Source: Vicugna vicugna (lineage: Eukaryota). Taken from it: a stretch of 64,000 bases of DNA. Where the stretch lies: NCBI GenBank assembly GCA_013265495.1, contig MU058456.1:372001-436000 (forward strand). The letters are read 5' to 3'. Under the pieces are notes generated by a model. The model saw nothing but the letters and a program-made list of their open reading frames with translations. It had not been told where the DNA came from and did not search any database. Shown here in pieces: positions 1-11,034 of the stretch; the first letter of the stretch is position 1; each line of letters opens with the position of its first letter. A program made the translations under genes and the position numbers.

Positions 1-103
1 GTGCTGCTTCTTGCAAAGGAGCAGGGCAGGATGGCAGTGCCCTTCACTTGGGTGGGCCGTGAGCTAGGGGTAATGCTTACCTTTTTAAAAATTAATGTAT
101 TAA

Positions 104-240
104 TTTTTTAAATTGAAGTAAAATTGATTTACAGCGTTGTGTTAGTTTCTGGTGTATGGCATAGTGATTCAGTTATACATACATATATATCCTTTTTCGT
201 ATTCGTTTTCATTACAGGTCATCACCAGCTATTAAGTATA
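104..240 (-). mobile_element. L1 3'-end fragment (cetartiodactyl type)
   Basis: ttttttaaattgaagta...gatttaca...gttagtttctggtgta...catagtgattcagttata; the same motif recurs at 2690 and 19430. Confidence 0.8.
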
Positions 241-286
241 GGTGATCCCTGCCCACAGTGTGGCTTTCTCACCACCTCTCCCGTAG

Positions 287-416
287 GTTGTGCATGTGGA
301 CAGAGAGTAATGCTGGAGTGAATCCGAGAGGTTTAGAAACAAGTGAAAATCATTCTCACAACTTGAATCAGGTTGCTGCTCTTTGTATTAATACAGTACC
401 TGTTATCATCAACATG
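287..416 (+). other. Candidate exon (unassigned)
   Basis: ctctcccgtag|G...AACATG|gtaaat. Open frame LCMWTESNAGVNPRGLETSENHSHNLNQVAALCINTVPVIINM. Confidence 0.3.
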
Positions 417-786
417 GTAAATTCACTCAGGAATAGACTACTTAGAAATATGTCGTTCTAGGTGGAACAAAATTTAGTGGTAAGGTGCAGCTCATTATCC
501 TCTGTACGTTATTCTTTCTCTCTCCTCTGCAGTTTTACTCTTTTAGCATCCTTTCCTCTTGACCCCACTTCCCTCCTTGCTTTCCCCCTCTCTCCCTTCC
601 CCTCTCCCTCCTCCTCTTTCCCTCCTGGGTCGTAGGTCTGCCAGGGACACTCACAGTCATCTTGGTTCTCTCCTGGGCAGGCAGGACTGAAAAGAAACGG
701 AAAGAGGTTCCTGGCCTCTCTACAGCTGTCAAGATGTTCTTCAATGTGATCGTTTCTCTTTATTCAAATAGAAGGAATATTTAAGG

Positions 787-1202
787 CTGTGGTTCCCTGT
801 GTTGCTGTAACAAGTTACCACAAACCCAGAGGCTTAAAACAACACTAATGTATTATCTTATTTCTGGAAGTAAAGCAGTCCTAAAATCAAGGTATCAGCA
901 AGCTAAGTTCTTTGAGAGAAGCTGTAATTTTACCTTTTCCAGCTTCTAGAGACTCATGGTCCCTCATCCATCTTTAAGGCCAGCCACGTAGCATCTTCAG
1001 TCACTCTCTCTTTCCTCTGACTCCATCATCACTTGTCCTTCTCTGACCCTCCTGGCTCCTTTTTATAAGGGCCTTTGATTACAGTGGCTTTACTAGGACA
1101 TCCAGGACAATCTGTCTCAAACTTTTAAACCTAATTACATCAGAGAAGTCCCTTTTGCCATGCCACATGGACGTCTTTGGGGCCATAATTCTTTCTCCCA
1201 CA
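787..1202. mobile_element. MLT1-type solo LTR
   Basis: gctgtaacaagttaccacaaac...ggcttaaaacaacac...aaatcaaggtatcagca...ccttttccagcttctagag. Confidence 0.8.
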
Positions 1203-2672
1203 GCTGTGAAGCCAGTAACCCCAGAAGCCAGTTACCGGCTTAAACATTCTCATTGAAAGAACAAGCAGCTTTCCGTCCTCTTGTGGGAATGAGCTCAGTT
1301 TCCAAAAACAAAACAAGCAGAATACAGAGGCAGAATCTTACACAGAGGTGGAGTAGTAGTTGCTTATGGGTGAATTTCAGTCTCACAGTGGTCTGATTTG
1401 GGGAGAGCTCAAGCAGAGCCTTAGAATACCCCAGACTCAGGCTTTGAAGTCCAGCTCTGGTTCTTGCTATGGGAACTTGGATGCGTTTGCTTAACTATAA
1501 ACTCAGGATGATAATTCTTTCCTCATAAGGTTGGAGAACTTGATTAAATTATGTATATAATATGCCTAATGTGGTGCTGGGGTCACACAGGATGCTTCAT
1601 ACAAGTTACTTATTTTAACTGTTTCCTCAGTGATTAGACCGAAGGTCAAGAATATAATTACAGTGTGGCCAAAAGTAATTAGGTTAAGAGTACTCAAATG
1701 GGTGTTGAGCAATGGAATTTTAAAGTAGAATCTGAGGATACACCCACACAATCCAAAGGGAACTGACAAAATCTGTTTCTTCTCATCCGGCTTCAGCCTA
1801 ATTACATTTTATGTCTTTAAATTGGATGAGGATGTGGAAGGGAAGACTTGACCTGTCTCATGTCTATACCTGAAGAGTTGTAGAAACAACAGAATTTCTC
1901 TCATTCTCAAGTTTGACAAAAACATAGCATCTAAGGATTCAGTGGGTCTTTAGGTACCATTCAGAACAATCTCCCAACAGATGTCAGCACCTTGTCTTTA
2001 TGTAAATACTTTCCACAATGAGAAGTTCACTACCTTTTGAAATAGTTCATTGCATTATTGGCCAGTTCTCATTAGAAAATTTGTCCTTAATTTTAGCCAG
2101 GAAACTGCTATGCTGAAGTTTCTATCTTTTGATTCTAATTCTGCTCTCTAAACTTATAAAAAAAACCTGAGACAATTTTCATAGTAACAATCCTTCAGAT
2201 GCACCCACTCTGAGTCTCATCTTTTCTGTGTTAGAATTGCAAAGCTTCTAAAACCATTTGTCATGTATTGTTCTTTTCGGATCTTTCCAGATCTTCTAGT
2301 TGCCTTCTTTTACTGTAGTCTATCCATGTCTTTTCTAAAATGTGTCATCCAGAGCCAAAAAGAATATTCCAGATGTGGTCAGATTAATGCACAGTATGCT
2401 GAAACTTATGTTTCTGCTGGATCTGGATTGTATTTCCATTAATAAAGTCTGATTTCATAAGTTTTTTAAAAAGTAGTCTCATAACAATGTCATTTGGCTT
2501 ATTCTGAACTTGCAGTCAATCAAATTACCAGGTGTTTTGCAAACAAGCATTTGTTTTCCCCCATCCTCACCTGTCCAATTGATTCCTTGTGATGTTTGTT
2601 GTACAAGCAATATTTGAAAAGATAGATGGAAATGAAATGTGACCTAGAATCTTACTAGGCCCACATTGACAA

Positions 2673-3130
2673 TTTTTTTTCTTATATTTTTAAATTGAAG
2701 TATAGTTGATTTACAATGTCATGTTAGTTTCTGGTGTACAACATAGTGATTCAGTTATGCATATATATATATATTTTTAATATTCTTTTTCATTATAGGT
2801 TTTTACAAGCTATTGATTCTAGTTCCCTGTGCTATACAGTAGGGACTTGTTGTTTATCTATTTTATATATAGTAGTTTGTATCTGAAAATCTCAAAATCC
2901 TAATTTACCTCTCCCCACCTTTCCTCCCTGGTAACCATAGGTTTGTTTTCTGTGTCTGTGAGTCTGTTTCTGCTTCATTTGTGTCATTTTTTTTTTTTTA
3001 GATTCCACATATAAGTGATATCATACATTTGTTTTTCTCTGACTTAATTTCACTTAGTATGATAATCTCTAGGTTCATCTATGTTGCTGCAAATGGCATT
3101 ATTTCATTCTTTTTTTATTGCTAGTGTTCC
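2673..3130 (-). mobile_element. L1 3'-end fragment
   Basis: Typical L1 3'UTR and ORF2 end (ttagattccacatataagtgata...gttgctgcaaatggcattatttcattc). Confidence 0.9.
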
Positions 3131-3659
3131 AATGATTTTCAATTGTCCAAGTTCCTCTCTACTCCTTGCTCATAAGCTTATGTAAGTTTTATATAGTTTT
3201 CAACATAACTTAGACAATTTTTCATATCCTGAATTTAAAGGCTAACATATTAACATTTTCCCAAGTCGCTGTATATTTTTATAATTGTACTTTAAAATAG
3301 CCACATTAAGTTCCATAGTAAGATGTACCATATTTACTCACCCACTCTCTGCCTCAGACATTAAGGTGGCTCTATTATTGTACATAAAATGGTTTCTTTG
3401 TGGGGGTTGGGGAGATTTTAATATAGTCCTGAAATCAAATAATTTTTTGGAGCACAATCAAGATTTTATGTTTCTCTATTTAAAATTTTCTCCTTTTTCA
3501 TTTTATTCCTTGTCCAGACTTTTGTGGAGTCAATCCCCCAGTCTCCCTCCCCTTTGTTCTTCACATCATCATTCAGTTCAGAACACATATAAAACAGAAG
3601 TAAGACAAGACTCTGAGACTTTCAGCTTTAAGCTTTGGTATCCTTATTAATTTCTCCAG

Positions 3660-3813
3660 TGTGTTTGGAACCCTCTCTCCCTGACACAACAACCTGTCTC
3701 AGTGCCGACCTAAGAGCTTCTCTCTCAGGGGCACTGAGGAAAGCCACCTCCACCAGGAACTGCTCGTTTCTTGCTGGAAAACTGATGCCTGCAATTAATG
3801 GAGGCCAGGGTTT
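3660..3813 (+). other. Candidate exon (unassigned)
   Basis: aatttctccag|TG...GGGTTT|gtaagt. Open 50-codon frame CLEPSLPDTTTCLSADLRASLSGALRKATSTRNCSFLAGKLMPAINGGQG. Confidence 0.35.
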
Positions 3814-6579
3814 GTAAGTTCACTGGGGGCAGGCTCTGTGTCTTTTTCACTTCTGGTATTCCCACTCTCAGTGAATATTTATTAGTAGAAGGAATGAAAG
3901 AATATAATTAAAGATAAGAATTAACAATTTAACTCAGCCTGGGGAAGATACCACTTCATTCACACTAATGAGTAAGTTGCTGGTATTCGTTCCCTGGGCA
4001 CAGGTTTAACTGTGAGGAAGAAGGGGGGTGAAGTACTCCAGTCCTGTCTGAGAGACAGTCATAATGGACTTGAGACACCTGAAATGGGTACCTTATGATT
4101 TTTCCCAAGGCCAGCCTCAGACTTTATAAACCCAGACCATTAGTGCGGTAACTAACCACAGAGACTTGGAACTTGTAGGGGCTGTAGATTCTGCATTCAA
4201 TTGCTTGGGATGCTTTGTGACTGCCAATAATTTTGAATTTGCCTGTTTAACTTGGGCTGATGATACCAAACAACAGAACGGACCTTTGCTGTTACTATAG
4301 ACATGTCCGGGGAGGGGAGAGGACATTGGGAAATGTTAAAGACTTGATCGTACGTATATTGAGCCCTACCACTTCTTTACTAAAGAGCTACCTGGGGTTC
4401 AGATGGTAGATCGATATCTGTTCCTGGTATTCCTCACTCAAGTCAGTGCCTGACCTTGCTGAGAAGGAATAGTGTGACCAGCTGACTGAGTTTGCCTAGG
4501 GTTCTCCTGGTTTTAGTACTGAGAGCTCCATGTCCGTGGGGCTGCCCAGATCTAAACAAACGAGGACAGTTGGTCACCCTCATCCAAGAGCTGCCAGCAG
4601 TCTTGGTTGGGTTCTCTGAGAATTAAATAGAAAAGGGCAGAATAGCTCCAGCTCCCTGGACCTCTCTCAGTTTTCAGGCCCTGTCCCTTGGCAATGGGCT
4701 ATGGAAGGTAAAAGGAACCTTCTCTCCCTGCCTCCTCTGTTCAGGCTGAGTCAAAGTTCTATACGGCCTGGCTTAAGAAGTTGTGCCAAAAGAAACTCTC
4801 TTATCCAAACTGGTCTTCCCTACAGACCTGTCAGCTTGGCCAAGACACCTTTGGAGCCCAAATGATTATTTCTAGAAAATCATCTAGAATCATCTAGAAA
4901 TTGCAAATTAACTTACTAGCATTCCCATTCAGATATGTATAGATAAACTGAGCAGACCATCATTTAGAATGGTTTTCTGAAAGGAGAGAGCAGCAGATAG
5001 AAATATTTTGATGGGGCCAGGGCAATAAGGAAATCTGGGCATGGTGCTCTGGTCGGTGCCTCAGTGGTACTTCCTGTCTAACCAGAGCAGTAAGAGATAC
5101 TATGTCCCTTGGAAGAAAGTACCATTATTTATAATCCAACTTTCAATTTGTGTTGACTCTTGTTTCCAGAATAGAGACACTCTCTAAGCTACCAATTCAG
5201 ACCTTGAACATTTGTATGATTAGTCAGACACTGACTTTCCTCTTGCCACTGCTCAGCTGCATGGCCTCTGCATTGGGTTCTTGTTCATTACACCACCACC
5301 ACCACACACCAGAGGTGCCAGACTTATGTCTTTACCTTCTTTCCTTTTTCTTTTCTGCTTTTGCTATTCACAGATCAATTCATTCCTTCTTCTATATACA
5401 TATGCTCTTTTTTAAACTTCTTTCCCCTTTTTCCCTTATTTAGAGGTCCCTCGGGAAAAAAATCTTTCTTTTGATGTGTTACCATCTTTTTCCTTTTCTG
5501 TGTATATTTTATGAGTATGTACATTCATATATGTATGTCTGTACACCTGCACGTGTGCACACACATATCTAATCCTCACAGCTTGCTGATATATATGTGT
5601 GTGTGTGTTTGAAGTAAAAGGGAGGGTCAGAGATTTTACATTAAACATAATAAAGACTCAGGACCTTTAACTTATGGACTACTTGAAAGTGCTCAGATTC
5701 CCTTCAAAATTCTTACGGAAATCTCTGTCCACCCCTTTAATGTCCACTAATTTAGCCAGCTTTTCCTCATGTACTAGTATTCAACATAAACAGAAGAAAA
5801 ATTTTTCCTACTCATTTTTTCTTATTTTCTCGCTCTTTTTTTGTTTTACTTTTTAGAAAATGATAGCTAACGGTATAACAGCACCTATTTCTATTTCTCC
5901 TTGTAAATCTAAGGCATGTGCTGCAGTACTTTGTGCTGAACAAGGTTTTGCGGACTATGTGGAAATACAAGCGCCGTTTTATTAGGAATGATTAGAAACA
6001 AAGGGGAAGCAGGCGGTGAGGTGGTTTACAGGATGAGACTAGGTGTTCGAGACAATAAAAGACAAAAGCACATCAGGCTTTGGAGCTGGTTTTTTATTTG
6101 TAAGGGGAGAGGCCTCAGAAAAGCCCTGAAACTTGGCATGTGCTTGAAAATAGAGCACAGGGACCCAGTATGTTCTGGTGAATTTTATTATGTTTCAGTG
6201 GGTTCTGGCCTGACACCATCACTGAGGGTTGGGCTAAGAAGACATAAACCTGTTTGAGCAAGAGGAATTCAGAACTGTGTGTCTGCGGGCCAGGCCTGAC
6301 GACTCTGGGACCAGAAGGAAAGAGGGTCCGCTGGTCTTGCCCTGCAGCTGGGTCTGCTGGCCTGGGGCCCTGACTGCTGGAATGCAGAGGGCAGCTCTGG
6401 GCCATCTGGGTTCCAAACAGTGGATTTCAATTGCATTTGTATGCCAGAGACTTCTTGCATTTTACAAAGGTCTTTTTATTAATTCACATGGCAAACCTGT
6501 AAAACATAGCTATTATCACTGTTTTATAGATGCTAAGTAATCTGCCCAAGTTAATAGCATATTTGACTTCTCTCCCTCC

Positions 6580-7120
6580 CTCAGCTCCAAAAATCAAAGC
6601 TCTGTTGATGTCCCTTCAACATGCTACTTACTCCTTGCACCCTTTTTATTCCACTGCTCCTCACAATGTTCCAGTCCTGCAGCTTGTGCCTACACCCCTG
6701 CAGTAGCCTCCTGACCACTCTCCAGTCTCCAGCCCACCTGGCTTCTGAACCTGCAGATTATCACTGCTGAGGTCCAGTGTCAGATACTTCATCGTGACTC
6801 TGCCTTAGCTGTATCACTTCCCTATTCAAATCGTCAGTGACATCCCCATCCCACTAAGGGATAAGGACCAAATCCTTCAGCCTGATGGTCAGGGTCTACC
6901 ATGGCGTTCCCCTGCCTACCCTTGCAGCCTTAGTTCCCCTCTCTCTGCAGGATAAACTCCCACCTTCTTTGTGCCTTCAACAGCACTTGTGCTCCACATT
7001 CACACATCTGCTTATCATGTTTCCCCACCTGCAGTTCTATGCCTTCCCCACTCTACCTACCTAAATCTTTGCAGCTTAGACCCCACCTTTCAGTGACAAG
7101 TCACACTTAGGGTCTGTACC
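6580..7120. mobile_element. L2 fragment (others at ~18890-19250, 32560-33220, 39560-39990, 52520-53170, 53770-54270)
   Basis: ctgcagtagcctcctgacc...ataaggaccaaatccttcagcctg; typical degenerate L2 text. Confidence 0.6.
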
Positions 7121-8192
7121 AGCACTGAGCTATTAATCTTGTAGATCTGGGTGACATCTTTTTCCTTTCTATTTAATATTGTTACTTTACTCTTTATGGT
7201 TATTAACTTTTCATGAATTTCCCCATTTTTCATGTTTCCTCGGTTCTATAGGCAGCTTAGAGGCAAGAATCATGTTTTCTCTTATTTTGATATAGCAAGA
7301 TAGTATCTTGAAATATTAATCTTTGTGGTTTTGTTTTCCTCTTGTCCTTGCAAGTGACTTTCCTCCTCTCGGGCAGAGGCATCTACATCACCTCAGGGAG
7401 AAAAACAGGAATAAGAAAAAGCAAGAAACTGTTAATGTGCCAGTTTTCTCTTTTTTTCCCTTCATCTCCAAAATAGAGTTTTTGAGAATCCAAAGGGGAA
7501 GTCTAGGGGCTTTATACCATACCCAGAGTGTATGCCTTAACGGTGGAATTAGAAAGAGAATGTGATATGTTGCCCATGGTCCTCTCAGCTGATGGAGGCC
7601 TGCCTCTGCCTCAAGGTTTTTCTGAGACCCAGACAGAGTGTTCTCCATAGACACCTTCTGGCAATGCTGTGGTCCAGGACTCTCATGACAACATCAGCCT
7701 AGAAAGGAGGAAGGGTTTGATCCCTTGAGGGAGATGGAAGTAGGCAAGGAAAAGCTCAGCACTGGGACTTGGGAGGACAGACAATGGGAAACTCCCCTCT
7801 GTTACCTTGTGTCTTGTATCCATGCTCTCCAAGATGGCAGCCATTAGCCACACACGGCCATTAAGTACTTGAAATGTGCAAATGCGACAGAGGAGTTGAA
7901 TTGCAGTGGTCATGAGACGGGTGGCTCCTGTACTGAAGAGAGCAGCTCTAGAGCACCTGTCCACAGTCTGTTGTATTTCAGTGGCTCTCAGTGTCCAGCA
8001 CCATTCCTGAAGCAAAGAGGCACTTAGGAAGTATTTCTAGAATGAGTTAAGGGAGTACATTATAAATGCAATAAATATGTGTCGACCACTGGTTCAGGAC
8101 TGAACTGAAGCCTCTCTGCTTTAATATTCTCTGTTCTACTGATCGTATATATAGACCCTACTGCAGCTTACTCTGTATAAAAAACTTTATAG

Positions 8193-8353
8193 GAATTGAT
8201 TTTTCTCGGGGTGCATAATTCCGAAGCCCTTGACATCAACAGACAGCTAGCTGGCCACTGAGCCTGACATCACTGCTTGGAATCCGAAGCACCTAGACCA
8301 AGCTTGCCAGAACTTCAGATTACTGTCTCTGTAACACCCTGAGGGGAACGTCG
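8193..8353 (+). pseudogene. Exon remnant A (motor beta1 region)
   Basis: tatag|GAATTG...GTCG|gtaacg. Reads ELIFLGVH(+1 nt)IPKPLTSTDS*LATEPDITAWNPKHLDQACQNFRLLSL*HPEGNV, resembling KIF20A EKVKVYLRVRPL...QAP...ERGIG. Confidence 0.55.
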
Positions 8354-9089
8354 GTAACGTGCTTTTTCACTTCTCCCAGTTGGGTTTAGTGTTGCCGTAT
8401 ATTATATTTTTAACATGACTGTCCCAGGCCTGACCAGCCTGTGGGTACAGAGATATGGTCCTGTTGGCGTTCAGATCACAGCAGCTGTAGTATTTCAGTC
8501 TTTCTCTAGGTTTCTCTGGTTTTCCTACCATTAGTTCTACTGCTGCTGTTTCGGAAGAGAACTCTTGAACTTGGCACAACCGGCTTTTCCTTGGAGCTGC
8601 TTTAAGCCCCTCAACTGCCCAGGCTCCAAAGTGGTCCAGGGCTGATCTCCACCTTTCTTCCTGGGCGCTGGAGCAGTTGCTTATGCTCTAAGCCCCATGA
8701 CTGGTTTGGTTTGATTTTGTTTCACTGAGCATCCATCTTTCAGCTTCTGACTCTCCCCATTTCTTTGGGGATCAAAACCAGTGCATTAGGCAGAAGGACT
8801 AAGCTGAATTAGATAACCAACAAATTATTATGGATTCTATTATGTGTAAATCTGCTATTTTAAAAAATCAGTAGATATTTAATATACACTATAAAGTTGA
8901 ATATCCAGGCGTTTTGCTGTGTTCCCATCTTCTGTGTCTATTTTCTTCATCTAGAAAACCTGAAACTCCTATGTGTCTCAGTTCATAGAGAGAGAGAGAC
9001 CTGTAAAGACCTGTAAAGACCAGTTACACAAGCAGCCAGATTCTGAAACCCAGTGTGGGCTCAGCTGGGAATAATCACTCCTTTAATCC

Positions 9090-9270
9090 AGAGGTTGTCA
9101 GACCTTCATGTGTATCTGTCACCTAGAGGGCTTATTAAACCACAGATTACTGGGTTCTACCTACAGAGTTTCTGATTTAATAGGTCTTGAGTGGAACCCC
9201 AAAATTTGCATTTCCAACAAGTTCCCAGGGGATGCTGATGCTGATCTGGAAACACACTTGGAGAACCCCT
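9090..9270. mobile_element. MER5A-like hAT element (similar copies at ~13375-13640, 30235-30415, 37880-38090, 60040-60320)
   Basis: cacctagagggcttattaaaccacagattactggg...tgcatttccaacaagttcccaggggatgctgatgctg. Confidence 0.75.
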
Positions 9271-9745
9271 GCCTTCATCATTTGGTGACTAGATTTCTGG
9301 AAAAACAGCTTCTGGATGCATGACAGTCCTCCAGCTTCACTTCATCTTAGTTTTTACATGCTCTAAAACATTAGTCAGTAAAGGCCTTTCTTGCCTGAAT
9401 CCAAGAAGATAACATGTTTGGAACATGATGAGAAATCTCAGTACCTTCAGTCTCTGTTTTAAAAAATTATCAGTTTGTTGAGGTTTTTATAAGCTTCTGG
9501 ACGGCTTGGTTCATAGGTGGTAGAGAGCAGAGAATCACTGGGGAGTCAGGACATGGAGTGTTTAAGTAACTCTCACTATAATCTCACTGAAGACACTTGG
9601 AGGGTTAGGTAGCGCTGTGTCTGCTGGTGTATGAGCCCACAGGAGCAGGTCCATGGCCAGATGGAGGGTGTTATTCTAATTATGTAATATAAATTATTCC
9701 TCGCAAAGGTCAGACAGAATATGCTCCTTTGTTTTCATTATTTAG

Positions 9746-9867
9746 GTGAAATTGCCCCAAAGCCACAAAACATTTACTCAGTTCAATTAATCCATTAAAA
9801 AATTCCAGTTATCTTACAGATGTTTTACCCACATGACTTTCAAAGGTCAGCTGGATGAAATTTTCAG
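9746..9867 (+). pseudogene. Exon remnant B (beta2-alpha1-beta3)
   Basis: Strong acceptor ttttcattatttag|. Reads VKLPQSHKTFTQFN*SIKKFQLSYRCFTHMTFKGQLDEIF(S), cf. KIF20A QATHRFTFSQ...KGQNWLIYT. The donor appears damaged (ttcag|tatca); an alternative donor is at 9846. Confidence 0.65.
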
Positions 9868-10246
9868 TATCACCAGATGTTTTGCTGTCAGGAAAGCCTA
9901 GCTTCACTTGAAACGTTTTGGGAACCTAGATTTTTCTCTGTGCTTAATTACCCTTCTGGTCAATAAATTCTACTTTCAGTGACCAAACTTCACTGTTGAA
10001 ATTTAAACTCATTTCTTCTTGTTTCTATCTTGTATAGTAGGAATGAGCAATACTGTTAATTATCTATTGGTAATTACTCTTAATTTATTTGAAGACAGCT
10101 AGTCACCCTTTATCTTTTTCTTTTTCATGCAAAATTACCTCCAACACTTTTTAAAGCTTCCCTCATAGATCCTAATTTCAGTCTCCTTAATTTGTTCATA
10201 ACTGTCCTTATAGACTATACATACATACATATATATATATATATAT

Positions 10247-10935
10247 GGATAAGGAAAAAATGGTAATGCTGTTAAGGGTTTGAGTCCCATATATATATAT
10301 ATATCCCCCAGGCTCTTCTTTTCAAGCCTGGACCGAAAATGTGACTCCCTGCTCCTGCTGGATGTGGTCTCATCACCTGGGCCCTGAGCAGGGGAGCCTC
10401 CTAAGCCTGTGACTCCTGAACTCCCCAGGCTTGTTCTGCTGAGTCTGCACCCTGTGACGTGGGAAAGCATCCCAGCCACATCTCATCAGGTTTGAGGAAT
10501 AGGGTAATGTTGCAGAATTTTGTTTTTGGTAATTACTTTTTTGATATATGAATTCAAAGAAGCTGTTAGGTGTATCCTTACAGACTCAGTTCACAGTTAA
10601 GTAAAATTGCCAGTGGATTAAATTAATGACTGCAAATCTGGTTCATGTTTATTTGGGGTTCATTCTTATTTTAAAGCTAGTTTTACATAAACAAAAGTTA
10701 TGGCCACTTTCGTAGGTACGTGATAAAAATGATTCATTTTTTAAATTGTGAGAAACCTATTGATCTAGGCCACCACTGGGGGGAAATCAAGCTAGAGGTG
10801 GCAATTGCAGCATCCTTCATCCAAATTCTCCACTACCCTGTTATTTCTGAGGCCTGGGGGCCTCCCAGCCTCCCTTCTTCCGGTGGGTTCTCTGGGACTC
10901 AAACCCTTAACAGCATTACCATTTTTTCCTTATCC
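10247..10935. repeat. Perfect 43-bp inverted repeat (10247-10289 / 10893-10935)
   Basis: ggataaggaaaaaatggtaatgctgttaagggtttgagtccca is the exact reverse complement of tgggactcaaacccttaacagcattaccattttttccttatcc. Confidence 0.97.
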
Positions 10936-10941
10936 TTCTAG

Positions 10942-11023
10942 TTATGGTAGAACTGGATGAAGAAGAACTCTCACCTCAGAAGTTACACTTAGATCAGCAC
11001 CTGGTGCAAGAACCTTCCGGCTG
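10942..11023 (+). pseudogene. Exon remnant C (P-loop)
   Basis: attttttccttatccttctag|T TAT GGT AGA ACT GGA TGA AGA AGA ACT CTC ACC = (S)YGRTG*RRTLT. Three single-base changes restore YGRTGSGKTLT. Donors possible at 11004 or 11024. Confidence 0.7.
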
Positions 11024-11034
11024 GTACTTTCATT

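Noticed and set aside
8997..9020. Short tandem duplications (gacctgtaaa x2; similar at ~4871 and ~24415)
   Set aside because: Ordinary slippage events with no array or spacer structure; nothing CRISPR-like in this eukaryotic window.
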